Assembly: GCF_009914755.1 (NCBI RefSeq) | Contig: NC_060929.1 | Reading direction: 5' to 3' (one strand) | Length of the DNA stretch: 64,000 nucleotides | Source of the DNA: the human T2T-CHM13v2.0 reference genome, Homo sapiens | Shown here: piece after piece, positions 41,585 to 53,770 of the stretch | Numbering within the stretch: the stretch's first letter is position 1 | How the letters are laid out: every line of letters begins with the position of its first letter | The notes under the pieces: model-generated | The model's input: only the letters and a program-made list of their open reading frames with translations | Told to the model about the DNA's origin: nothing | Database searches by the model: none | Position numbers and translations under genes: made by a program

Positions 41585-42645
41585 TATATATATTGTCCAT
41601 AGGCTTTTGGGGAACAGGTCATGTTTGGTTACATGAGTAAGTTCCATAGTGGTGATTTGGAGATTTTGGTTCACCCATAACCCGAGGAGTATGCACTGTA
41701 CCCAATTTGTAGTCTTTTACCCCTCACCTCCCTTACACCCTTTTCTCCAAATCCCCAAAGTTCATTGTATAATTCTTATGCCTTTGCATTCTCATAGCTT
41801 AGTTCCCACTTATGAATGAGAACGTATGATGTTTGGTTTTCCATTCCTGAATTACTTCACTTAGAATATGGTCTCCAATTCCACCCAGGTTGCTGTGAAT
41901 GTCATTACTGTGTTTCTTTTTTTGACATATATATATATATATATATACACATATATATGTAACTTTACATATATATATGTAACTTTCACAATTTGTTTAT
42001 CCATTCGTTGATTGATGGCATTTGGACTGCTTCCATGTTCCATGTTTTTGCAATTGTGAATTGTGCTGCTATAAACGTGTGTGCAAGTATCTTTTTTGTA
42101 TAATGACTTCCTTCAATCTGGGTCGATACCCAGTAGTGGGTATCTGTATCAAGTAGTAGTTCTACTCTTAGTTCTTTAAGAAATCTCCATGTTGTTTTCC
42201 ATTGTGGTTGGGCTAGATTACATTGCCACCAGCAGTGTAAAAGTGTCCCCTTTTCACTGCATTGTCACCAACGTCTATTATTTTATGATGTTTTGATTAT
42301 GGCCATTTTTGTAGGAGTAAGGTGGTGTCACACTGTGGTTTTGATTTGCATTTCCCTAATCATCGTGATGTTAAACATTTTTTCATATGTTTGTTGGCCA
42401 TTCGTATATCTTCTTTTGAGAATTGTCTATTCATGTGCTTAGCTCATTTTTTGATGGGATTGGTTTTGTTCTTGATAATTCGGTTTAGTTCCTTGAAGAG
42501 TCTGGATATTAGTCCTTTGTCAGATGTATAGATTGTGAAGATTTTCTCCCACTCTGAGTTGTCTGTTTACTCTGCTGATTGTTTCTTTTGCTGTGCAGAA
42601 AGTTTTAAGTTTAAGTCACACATATTTACCACTCTTTTTGTGTAT
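41585..42645 (-). mobile_element. L1PB-like 3' fragment with internal (TA)n expansion at about 41928-41985
   Basis: TTTTGGGGAACAGGT..TGTTTGGTTACATGAGTAAGTTC 3' UTR and antisense ORF2 C-terminal sequence. Confidence 0.88.
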
Positions 42646-42814
42646 GAAATTTGTATCACAAAAACCCAAAAGAATAATGTTTTCCTCCAGAATAACTTGA
42701 TTCTCTATTCTTGACTTTTCTTGAGGCATCAAAAAAGACTTTGATCAAAATGGAGAAATATGAAATTTGTCAAAATAAAAATGGAGTCATTCGTGTTTAA
42801 CAAAAAAACTCTGA

Positions 42815-45800
42815 TTTCTTTTGTAGTTTAAGGTAAAATTTTGCTGGATATACTATTCTAGGTTGAAACCTTTTTTTTCTTCAGCATTTTGAATATATTA
42901 TCCTATTCCCTCCTGGACTTTAAATTTTCTGCTGAGATTTCTGCTGCAAGATATATTGGAGCTCCTTTATAGGTTATTTGATTCTTTTCTCTTGATGCTT
43001 TTGGGATCATTTGTCTTTAACCTTTGAGAGTTTGATTATTATATGCCTTGAGGTAGGCTCATTTTATGTTAAATTCCTTCTGTGTTCTTTGACATTCAAA
43101 ATAGCTATTTGGATCTTTCTCTAGGTTTGAAAATTTCTCTATTATTATTTCATTGAAAAAACTTTCTACCCATATGTCTCTAAATGTATTCTTTTTAAGA
43201 CTAATAACTTTTAGATTTGCCCTTAGAGGCTATTTTCTAGGTCCTGGGTGTGCTTAATTCTTTTCTATAGTTTTTTCTTTTTTGTGTATATTTTCATAAA
43301 GCCTGTCTTAAAGCTAACTACTTCTTTATTCGCTTAATCAATACTGTTGTTGAGAGACTCCGATGCGTTTGTCAGTTTGTTAATTAAATTCTTCAGCTCC
43401 AAAATTTTAGACTGACTTTTTAAAAAATTTTTCTATAATTCAGAATTCCTCCTCTGTGTTAACTTGAATTTTATAGGGCTTCCTCAAGACAGCTATTTGG
43501 AATTTCTTGTTGAAAAAGTCACATGTCTCTATCACTCCAGGATTAGTCATTGATATGGTTTGGCTCTGTGTCCCCACTAAAATCTCACCTGGAAGTGTAA
43601 TCCCCACATGATGGAGAAGCAGCCTGGTGGGAGGCGATTGGATCACGAGGACAGTTTCTGCCATGCTGTTCTTGTGATAGTGAGTGAGTTGTCATGAGTG
43701 CTGATAGTTTTAAAATTTTTTGACAGTTTCCCCTTTGCTTTCTCTCTATACCACCACCTTGTGAAGAAGGTGCTTGCTTATCCTTTACCTTCTGCAATGA
43801 TTGTAAGTTTCCTGAGGTCTGTTTACCCACATGGAACTCTCAGTCAGTTAAACCTCTTTTCTTTTTAAATGATCCAGTCTCAGGTGGTATCTTTATAGCA
43901 GTGCAAAAACAAACTAATACAGAAAATTGGTATCAGCAGAGTTGAGTGCTGCTATAAAGATAACCTGAAAATGTGAAAACAACTTTGGGACTCGGTAATG
44001 GGCACAGATTGGAACAGTTAGGAGGGCTCAGAAGAAGAAGACAGGGAGATGTGATAAAGTTTGGAACTTTCTAGAGACTTGTTGATTGGTTTTGACCAAA
44101 ATGTGGCTAATGATTCAGACAATGAAGTCCAGGCTGAGTTGGTCTCTAACAGAGATGAGGAACTTGTTGGGAATGGGAGCAAAGGTAACTCTTGCTATGC
44201 TTAAGCAAAGAGGCTGGTGGCATTTCTGTCCTGCCCTAGAAATCTGTGGAATTTTGAACTTGAGAGAGATGATTTAGGGTACCTGGCAGAAGAAATTTCT
44301 AATCAGCAAAACATTCAAGAGGCTACCTGGATTTTTTTCAAAGTGTACACTTATATGTAGTTACAAAGAGATGGTGTGAAATTGGAACTTATATTTGAAA
44401 GGGAAGCAGAGCATAAAAGTTTGAAAAAATTGTAGCCTGACCATGTGGTAGAAAAGAAAAAAACATTTTCTGGAGAGAAATTCAAGCCAGCTGCAGAAAT
44501 TTGCATAAGCAATGAGGAGCTGAATGTCCCAATTGCCAAAACAAAGGTGAAAATGTCTATAGGGCATTTCAGAGATCTGTGCAGCAATGCCTCCCATCAC
44601 AGGCCAGGAGGCCTAGGAGGTAAAAATGGTTTCTTGGGCCAGGCTCAGTGCCCTGCTGATCTGTCAGCCTTGGAACACGGTGTCTTGCATCCTAGCCATT
44701 CCAGCTCTAGCTGTGGCTGAAAGGGGACAAAATACAGCTTGGGCCATTGCTTCAGTCGGTGCAAGCCCTAAGCCTTGGTGGCTTCAACATGGTGTTGGGT
44801 AAGTAGGTATGCGGAAGGCAATGGTTAAGGTTTAGGAACCTCCACCTAGATTTCACAGAATGTATGGAAACACCTGGATGTACAGGCAGATGTCTGCTGC
44901 AGGGGCAGAGGCCTCATGGAGAATCCCTCCTAGGGCAGTGCAGAAGGAAAATGTGTGGTTTGAGCCTCCACACAGAGTCCCCACTGGAGCACTGACTAGT
45001 GTAGCTGTGAGAAAAGTGCCACTGTCCTCCAGACCCAATTAACAGTAAACCCACTAACAGCTTGCACTGTGAGCCTGGAAAAGCCACAGGCATGCAACAC
45101 AAACCCATGAAAATAGCTGCAGGGGCTGCACCCTGCAGAGCCACAGAGTCAGAGCTGCCCAAGTCTGTGGGGCCCACCACTTGTATCAGCATGCCCTGAA
45201 TGTGAGACATGGAGCCAATGTTGTTTTGGAACTTTAAGATAGAATGAGTGCTCTGCCAGATTTTGGACTTAGATGGGGCCTGTGGCCTCTTTGTTTTGGC
45301 CAATTTCTCCCATTTGGAATGGAAACATTTACCCAAATCCTTGTATCTTGGAAGTAACTAACTTGTTTTGTATTTTATGGGCTATAGGCAGAAAGGACTT
45401 GCCTTTCTTCAGATGAAAGTTTGGAGTTGGGCTTCTGAGTTAATGCTGGAATGAGTTAAGATTTTGGGAGATTGTTGAGAAGGCATGATTGTTTTTGAAA
45501 TGTGAGAAGGACTTGAGATTTGGGAGGGGCTGGGGCAGAATGATATGGTTTGGCTCTGTGCTCTCACCCAACTCTCACTGGGAATTGTAATCCCCATGTG
45601 TCAAGGGAGGGGCCTGGTGGGAGGCGATTAGATCATGAGAACAGTTTCCCCTGTACTATGACAGTGATAGTTTTATGATAGTGAGTGAGTTTCCATAAGA
45701 GCTGATGATGTTAAAGGTGATTGGCAGTTTCCCCTTTACTCTCTCTCTCCTGCTGACTTGTGAAGAAATTCCTAGTTTCTTCTTCACCTTCTGCCATGAT

Positions 45801-46714
45801 TACAAGTTTTCTGAGGCCTCCTTAGCCACACAGAACTGTGAGTCAGTTAAACATTTTTTAAAATAAATTACCCAGTCCAAGGTAGTATCTTTATAGCAGT
45901 GTGAAAATGGACTAATATAGTCATGGTGCTTTATTTAGTCCATCTGGAGAAGTCATGTTTACCTGGATGTTCTTGGTGCTTATGGATGCTCGTGCATATC
46001 AGGCCATTGAAGTGTTACGTATTTATTCCAATCTTCCAAGTCTGGGCTTACTTTCATTCATTCTTCTGGAGAGGGCTTTTCACAGATTAAAAGGAGATTG
46101 AGTGTTGTGGCCTAAGCCTGCAGTCACTGCAGTTGTTTCAGCACCAGGAAACTAACTGAGCCCCCAAACACTGTAACTCTTCTTGTAGCCTCCTAGATAC
46201 ACGGCCTTGGTGCATATGAGTGAGATAAGGGATAATTCCCTGAGTTGCCTGGCAGTCTCCTGCTCTCCTTTCTCTCTTTCCCCCCAAATAGAAAGAGTCT
46301 CTCATTGCACTGGGATCCCTGGAGTTGGGAAAGGTGTGATGTGGCCACTCTCATGGTCACCACAGCTGTTACTACACAGGGATACACCTGAAGTCTTGCA
46401 GACTAGCACAGTACTGGGGCTCACCCAAGTGTTGTGGCCAGCACTGACTGGCTGCTGCTAATACTTATTCAAGGCCAAGACCGTGTTAGTCAACAGGTGA
46501 TGAATTATCCTGTGACTGTGGATTAAGTCTGTGGATTTCCATCTTGGCAAGAGTGAGTCTACAAACACCATCCAGGAGCAAATACCTGGAATCCTGGGCT
46601 TCAGGTATTCGCCTGGTGCTTTATTTCACTGTGGCTGCGCTGATATCCAAGTTGCAAGTTGCTGTCCTCTGTACTATTTTCTCTCATTTCTCAAAGCAGA
46701 AAGAAACTTTCCCT
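42815..46714 (-). mobile_element. L1M(A) ORF1 and 5' UTR segment, inverted, interrupted by MST provirus (pieces 42815-43550 and 45920-46714)
   Basis: TTTGCTGGATATACTATTCTAGG..TTCAGCA.TTTGAATAT..TTCTGCTGAGA is antisense L1 ORF1. Sequence is continuous across TSD GTCAT. Confidence 0.75.
43551..45919 (+). mobile_element. Complete MSTA/THE1D-like MaLR provirus: LTR 43551-43921, internal 43922-45540, LTR 45541-45919
   Basis: Two direct LTRs starting TGATATGGTTTGGCTCTGTG. MaLR internal sequence (KFKPAAEICISNEE remnant), PPT GGGGCTGGGGCAGAA, perfect 5-bp TSD GTCAT. Confidence 0.93.
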
Positions 46715-48698
46715 AAAATGTAAATGCAACCATTAAAAAAAAATAGCCAACGAAATCCTGAACAAAAAGAACAAAGCTGGAAGTTTCACATTACCTGACT
46801 TCAAATTATGCTACAAAATCACAGTTAAAAAAAATAAAACTGGCATAAAAACAGACAGATGGAATACTGAAACAGGATAGAGAACCCAGAAATGAATTCA
46901 TATATTTATTGTCAACTTGTTTTCACAAAGTGTCAAAAACATATATTAAGGAAATAACAAATTTTTCAGTAAATGGTGTTGGGACAGCTGAATATTCATA
47001 TGCAGAAGAATAAAACTAGATCCCTGTCTTTCACCATATATAACAATAAAATCAGAATGGAATAAATATTTAATTCTAATATTTGAAACTATGAAACTAC
47101 TAGAAGAAATCATTGGGGAAACACTCAAAGACATTGTTCATGGCAAAGATTTCTTGAGTAGAAGCTCAAAAGCACAGGCAACAAAAGCAAAAATGAACAA
47201 ATGCAATCTCAACAATAGAAAAACTTCTTCTACAGGAAAGGAAACAATCAACAAACTAAAGATGCAACCCACAAAATGGGAAAAATATTTGAGAACTACC
47301 CATCTAACAAGAGATGAATAATGAGAATATATAAAGAACTCAAACAACTCAACAGGGAAAAAACAAATAATCCAATTAAAAATGAGCAAACAATCTGAAT
47401 AGGCATTTTTTCAAAAGAACACATACACATGGCCAATATATATATAATAACTAATAATATATATAAAAACATCACTATATAATAACATCACTAATCATTA
47501 TAGAAATGCAAATTAAAATTACAATGAGGTTGGGCACAGTGGCTAATCTCTGTAATCCCAGTACTCTTAGAGGCTGAGTTGGGAGGATCGTTTGAGACCA
47601 AGAGTTTGAGACTAGCCAGGACAACATAGCAAGACCCTGTTTCAAAAAAAAAAATTAAAAAATTAGTCAGGGGTGGTGGTGCATGCCTATATTCCTAGCA
47701 ACTTGGGAGGGTGAGGCAGGAGATTCATTTAAGCCCAAAAGTTTGAGGTTGCAGGGAACCATAATCACAATACTGCACTCCAGCTTAGGTAACAGAGAAA
47801 AAACCTGTGTCAAGAACAACGACAAAATTGACAGTAATGAAATATCATCTCATACCCGTTTTAATGGGTTTTATCCAAAAGATAGGCAATAAAAATGCTG
47901 ATAAGCATGTAAAAAAAGGAAAACAATTGTGCATTTTTGGTGAGAATGTAAATTAGTACAGCCACTATGTAGAACAACATGGAGGTCCCTCAAAAATCTA
48001 AAAATAGGACTAACATATGATCCAACAATCTCACTACTGGGTCTATATCCAAAAGAAAAGAAAATATATCAAAGAGATTATCTGCACTCCCATGTTTAGC
48101 TCAGCATGGCTGTTCACAACAGCCAAGGTACAAATCCAAACTTAGTGTCCAGTAATGGATGAATGCGTAAAGAAAATCTGGTACACACACATAACAGAAT
48201 ATTATTCAGGCATCAGAAAGAAGGAAATTCTGTCATTTGCAACAACCTGGATACAAATAGAGGACATTACATTAAGTGAAATAAGCTAGGCACAGAAAGG
48301 CAAATATCATATGTTCTCACTAATATATGGAAGCTGAAAAAAATGAAACCCATGGAAATGGAAAGCAGAATAATCCAATCATTACCAGAGGCTCAAAGAT
48401 AGCAGGGGGAGGGGGAGAAAAAAGGTATAGTTAATGGGTACAAAAATACAGTTAGATAGAAGGAATAAAATCTAGTGATTGGTAGCATAATAGGGCGACT
48501 GCAGTTAACAATAATTAATTCTATATTTTAAGATAGCTAAAAGAACTGTTTCTAACATAAACAAAAGATAACTGCTTCAGGTGATGGATGCCCCAATTAC
48601 CCTGATTTGATTATTAAACATTCTATGCTTGTATCAAAATATCACACATATGCCATTAATATGTGCAATTATTACACAGACATAAAAGTAAAAAAAAA
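46715..48698 (+). mobile_element. L1MA 3' portion (ORF2 C-terminal part, 3' UTR, poly(A))
   Basis: ORF 47091-47321 resembles L1 ORF2 (MKLLEEIIGETLKDI..GKDFL). L1MA-type 3' UTR GTGATGGAT.CCCCAATTACCCTGATTTGAT. Confidence 0.9.
47528..47822 (+). mobile_element. AluJ inserted in L1MA
   Basis: Diverged dimer. L1 ORF2 sequence resumes after it. Confidence 0.88.
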
Positions 48699-50017
48699 AG
48701 AGCCATGAAAGGTCATGAAGGGAGAGTTCTCATGCATAAATGCCTGATAACAAAAATTATCACAAAACATCATGCAAAACCCACAACCTTACACAAAGGC
48801 CATTGCAACCTTACACAAAAAGTATTTCTAAGAGGACATTTGCTCAGCCACTACTTGTCTAACCCTGGATTGCCACATTCTTGTTATTAATCCTTATAGC
48901 CAAGGATAATTACCTCAAAACAATTATGTAATTCTGTTCATTTTTCCTTTAAAAACCTTTGTTTTCCTTTACCTTCCTGAATATACATATAATTTACTCT
49001 GGTAGGTATATTTCCACTGCATGCTCTCATTTTCTTTTATAGGGTATCTCTCTGTTTGTTATTTAGTTTAACACTATGCTTTGGCGTCCCATGATGAAAG
49101 TTTAGGAAAATGTCATATATGGAGTTGTTTTTCAATTATTTAGGGGAAATACCCTGCCTTAATCAGACCGTAGCATAATTATTGAATTCTGATAGCTCTC
49201 TCAAATAAATTAGCTTAACATAATCTAGTGCTTATGCATAGCCTGTGTATGATCAGGATGTGGCTAAATAATTAAGAAACATATTAGCATGTTAAACATT
49301 TTGACTTAAATCATATAAGTTGTCAGTGGCAGAAATGTGGTCAGGGTATAAGGTGTTTATATTGCTATTTGACGATTTTAAACAATTTCTAATATACCAG
49401 TCTACAGAATTTTACATTAATAATCTTATTTGTCACAATAATTTTATAATACAGTTATAGATTGGGAAGTTAAAGCTTTGGCAACTTCAGTGGTTTTTCA
49501 AATATTTCTCTACTAATTACTGAATAAGGACAGATTTGAAACCAAGCAATAATATAGCATTTCACTATTATTTTGGGCCAATCCATTTCATCCATCAGCT
49601 TTGGTAAATTCTTTGTAAATTCTTTATGTCTGTCAATTTGTTAAAGGTGACTATGTACTATTTTAACACTTGTGGTAAAGTTTCTACATAAACCTTAGTT
49701 ATTTCAAGGCACTATAATTTAAAATAAATAAAACCATGTATAAGAAGGGTTAATGCAGAGCTTTACTTTCTGAAATTTACTTGTAATAGACCTAAGATCA
49801 TTTAATTTTGAGAATCAACTGGAAGCAGCTCCAGAAATGTCACCAGAAAAAATACCTGTTTTTTTAATTAAAACCTTAATCTTGTTGCTATTCATGTGAC
49901 TAACATAATAAAATGACATTTTCAGGAGTATCAATTTGATTCTGTATGAACAACTGCTTTACACAGAGAGAGAGTAACACTTTTAGATAATGAGGTAATG
50001 GTTTAAACTCCTTTGGC

Positions 50018-50244
50018 CTTTTGTGAACTGACACCCCACACCTCCTACCCAAACTTGCCCTGAGATGTATCTCATTCTTATAAGTCAGAAAGAGCATTAA
50101 AATGCAGTAAGAGTTGCAAAAGAAAGTGTGTAATAGAAAATAAACTAATGTATAACTAGGCAGTTTTTTAAAAATTTTAAGTGGGAAACAGCAAAGGAGA
50201 GATATGGCTTCACTCTTAAATGAAGTCAAGCTGTTCAAGAAACA
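50018..50244 (+). repeat. Inverted repeat arm 1 (apparent donor, non-TE-looking sequence)
   Basis: 227 bp. Reverse complement of 51012-51238 with 11 mismatches by manual alignment. Confidence 0.95.
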
Positions 50245-51011
50245 CATATTTGCAAACAAGACTGTTAAGGGAGATGGTGTTATATGACACAAACTCTGCC
50301 AGCACACACTGTGCTCACAAGCTCCTTTTTATAATCCATTTATTGATAGGCTAATTAACACTATTTACAAGGCAATTTCTTTAAGTAAATTCATGCACTG
50401 CATAACAATGTTTCAGTCAACAACCTTGGTCCCATAAGATTATAATGGAGCTAAAGAATTCCTGTTACCTAGTGATCCTATCTGTAGCAGTGGCAATGTA
50501 GCACAAGGCATTAATCATGTGTTTGCAATGATGATATAAACAAACCTACTGTGCTATCAGTTGTATAAAAGTATAAGAAATACAATTATGTACAGTACAA
50601 GATAGTTGATAATGATAATAAATGACTATATTACTGGTTTATTTATTTACTATACTATCCTTTCTGTCATTATTTTAGAGTGTACTCCTAGCAATAAAGA
50701 AAAGCTGACTGTCAGGCAGGTCCCTCAGGAAGTATTCCAGAAGAAGGTGTTGTTATCACTGGAGATGACAGCTCCATGCATGTTACTGTCCCTGAAGACC
50801 TTCCTGTGGGCCAAAAATGTGGAAGTTGAAGACAGTGATATTGATGATTCAAACCCTGTGAAGGCTTACGGTAATGTGTGTGCATGTCTGTGTTTTAACT
50901 TTTCACAAAAAAGTTTAAATGTCCAAAATTTAAACATAGAAAAAAGTTTAAAGAGTAAGGATACTAAAACGTATATTTGTACAGATGTACAGTGTGTTGT
51001 ATTTTAAGCTA

Positions 51012-51238
51012 TGTTTCTTGAACAGCTTGACTTCATTTAAGAGTGAAGCCATATTTCTCTTTTGCTGTTTCCCACTTAAAACTTTTTAAGAACTGCCTAG
51101 TTATACATTAGTTTATTTTCTATTACACACTTTCTTTTCTAACTCTTACTGCATTCTAATGCTGTTTCTGACTTATAAAAATGAGATACATCTCAGGGCA
51201 AGTTTGGGTTGGAGGTGTGGGGTGTCAGTTCACAAAAG
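51012..51238 (-). repeat. Inverted repeat arm 2 (templated insertion inside Tigger3)
   Basis: Reverse complement of 50018-50244. Tigger3 sequence lies on both sides. Confidence 0.95.
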
Positions 51239-51523
51239 TTATAAGAGTCAAAATGTTAAAAAAAATGAAAAAGTTTATACAGTAAAAAAGTTACAGTAAG
51301 CTACGGATAATGTATTTTTTGGGGAAAGAAAAAAATTAAAATAAATTTAATATAGCCTAGAATACAGTGTTTACAAAGTCTACAGTAAAGTACAGTATTG
51401 TCTTAGGCCTTCACATTCATTCACCACTCACTCACTGACTTATCCAGATCAACTTCCAGTCCTGCAAGCTGGAAGCTCCATTTATAGTCAATGTCCAATA
51501 CAGGTATATCATTCTTACGTTTT

Positions 51524-52164
51524 TCTTTCATGAAGTAAAGAGCTAAGCCAGGCATTACTTAGATTTATTATCTTCTCTGTATCCATAAAATGAAGGAACT
51601 AAATAAAATAATAGTCAATTACTTTATCGTGTATTTAAAATGTACCAAGTTACAAGCATCTAGTCCTCTCACTTAATCCTCACAAAATCCACTGTATATA
51701 TTATAATTCCTCTTTTACACATGTGGAAATTGAGGTTCAGAGAAGCCAAATAACTTGCTCAAGGACTTACACCCAGTGGCAAAACTGTAGCTGGAAACCA
51801 GGAAGATCGACGCCAAAGAGCAAACTCTCAACCACTCTGAGATTTCTAAGATCCCTTCCAGCCAAGCAATCCTGTTCTCTTGGTCATGGCTCTTCACGAA
51901 GAGATTGGACCTGGTGGCTGGAAAACATGATGGGAGTTTTCCAATTGAGTGGAAGAACCCCTGGAGTTTTAGAACAAAACCAAGTAGTTGTTACATGTCT
52001 ACACTTTGCTTTCACTGCAGGTTCCCGATTCTTTATGGTTGGAGACAGAAGCTCCCGGGACACTGCAGCCCTGCCTGCATCTTCATGGAGTGGAGAAAAC
52101 CCAACTACTGAGTTTCCGCACAGAGAAGACTGGCTCCTGCCTCTCCTTAATTTTGTCAACTGCA
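51524..52164 (-). other. Probable L1 3'-transduced segment (contains MIR fragment at about 51610-51830)
   Basis: Non-Tigger, non-L1 DNA between the L1 poly(A) and the left TSD copy. Minus-strand AATAAA at 51564-51569. Confidence 0.75.
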
Positions 52165-53287
52165 TTTCTTTATTTCTTTTTTTTTTTTAAATTATACTTT
52201 AAGTTCTGGGATATATGTGCAGAACGTGCAGGTTTGTTACGTAGGCATACACGTGCCGTGGTGGATTACTGCACCCATCAACCCGCCATCTCCATTAGGT
52301 ATTTCTCCTAATGCTATCCCTCCCTTCCCTTGTCCCCCCACCACCTGACAGGCCCCAGTGTGTCATGTTCCCCTCTCTGTGTCCATGTGTTCTCATTGTT
52401 CAACTCCCACTTATGAGTGAGAACACGTGGTTTTTGGTTTTCTGTTCCTGTGTTAGTTTGCTGAGAATGATGGTTTCCAGCTTCATCCACGTCCCTTCAA
52501 AGGACATAAACTCATCCTTTTATGGCTGTATAGTATTCCACATGTACATGTGCCACATTTTCTTTATCCAGTCTATCATTGATGGGCATTTGGGTTGGTT
52601 CCAAGTCTTTGCTATTGTGAATAGTGCTGCATTAAACATATGTGTGCATGTATCTTTATAGTAGAATGATTTATAATGCTTTGGGTATATACCCAGTAGT
52701 GGGATTGCTGGGTCAAATGGTATTTCTAGTTCTAGATCCTTGAGGAATCGCCCCACTGTCTTCCACAATGGTTGAACTAATTTACACTCCCACCAACAGT
52801 GGCAAAGTGTTCCTATTTCTCCATATCCTCTCTAGCATCAGTTATTTCCTGACTTTTTAATGACTGTCATTCTCACTGGCGTGAGATGGTATCTCTTTGT
52901 GGTTTTGATCTGCATTTCTCTAATGACCAGTGATGATGAGCTTTTTTTCATATGTTTGTTGGCCACATAAACATCTTCTTTTGAGAAGTGTCTGTTCATA
53001 TCCTTTGCCCATTTTTTGATGGGGTTATTTGTTTTTTTCTTGTAAATTTGTTTAAGGTTCTTTGTAGATTCTGGATATTAGTCCTTTGTCAGATAGATAG
53101 ATTGCAAAAATTTCTCTCATTCTGTAGGTTTCCCATTCACTCTGATAACAGTTTCTTTTTCTGTGCAGAAGTTCTTTAGTTTAATGAGATCCCATTTGTC
53201 AATTTTGGCTAAAGAAAACCTAGGCAATACCATTCAGGACATAGGCATGGGCAAAGACTTCATGACTAAAACACCAAAAGCAATGGC
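52165..53287 (-). mobile_element. L1PA (about L1PA6-7) 5'-truncated with 5' inversion (inverted piece about 53211-53287 on +)
   Basis: ORF 52520-52768(-) is L1 ORF2 (LEIPFDPAIPLLGIYPK). Plus-strand [25 protein letters not shown] follows. TSD ATCATTYTTAYGTTTT at 51508-51523 and 53288-53303. Confidence 0.93.
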
Positions 53288-53730
53288 ATCATTTTTATGT
53301 TTTATACTGTCTTCTTACTGTACTCTTTCTCCATTTAGAAATGTTCAGCTACACATATGCTTACCTTTATGTTACAATTGCCTACAGTATTCAGGACAGT
53401 GACATGCTGTACTGGTTTGCAGTCTAGGAGCAATAGGTTATACCATATAACATAGGAATGTAGTGGGCTATAGCATCTAGCTTTGTGTAAGTACACTCTG
53501 TGATGTTTGCCCGACGAAATTGCCTAATTATGCATTTATGGAACATATACTTGTAGTTAAGCATCACTTGACTGCACTTTTAATATTCTTCATACGGCCT
53601 TTTATTTATTCTGTTTGGAAATCATAAACCTACATTTTTGTCATGTCATTTATTCCAACAAATCTTTTCTTCAATTAATGCAAATCAGTGGAGTACATTT
53701 TCTAAGTTATCCATTACATGTCATTTCTTT

Positions 53731-53770
53731 ACACAAACACACACACACATACACACAAACATACACACAT
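53731..53770. repeat. Imperfect (CA)n microsatellite
   Basis: ACACAAACACACACACACATACACACAAACATACACACAT. Confidence 0.8.

Larger units (their letters stand above)
42759..49073 (+). mobile_element. 3' LTR of the MER65-type provirus, split into 42759-42814 and 48699-49073 by an L1 insertion
   Basis: TTGTCAAAATAAAAATGGAGTCA..CTCTGA continues as AGAGCCATGAAAGGTCATGAAG..AACCTTACACAAAGGCC..TTATTTAGTTTAACA. Confidence 0.78.
50388..53575 (+). mobile_element. Tigger3/GOLEM (Tigger3b-like) DNA transposon in three pieces: 50388-51011, 51239-51523, 53288-53575
   Basis: TIR-like TCATGCACTGCATAAC.. and ..GTTAAGCATCACTTGACTG. Internal motifs GGTCCCATAAGATTATAATGGAGCT, GGAGATGACAGCTCCATGC and TTGTGTAAGTACACTCT. 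Confidence 0.88.

Noticed and set aside
44086-45336. ORFs in the MaLR internal region
   Set aside because: Fragmented remnants of the MST/THE1 internal sequence with many stops.
49900-50307. 135-aa ORF overlapping the inverted-repeat donor arm
   Set aside because: Non-ATG start, no recognisable domain, low-information composition.
51723-52190. 155-aa ORF in the transduced segment
   Set aside because: Begins in MIR and ends in the L1 poly(T). No recognisable homology, so a retrocopied gene is not supported.
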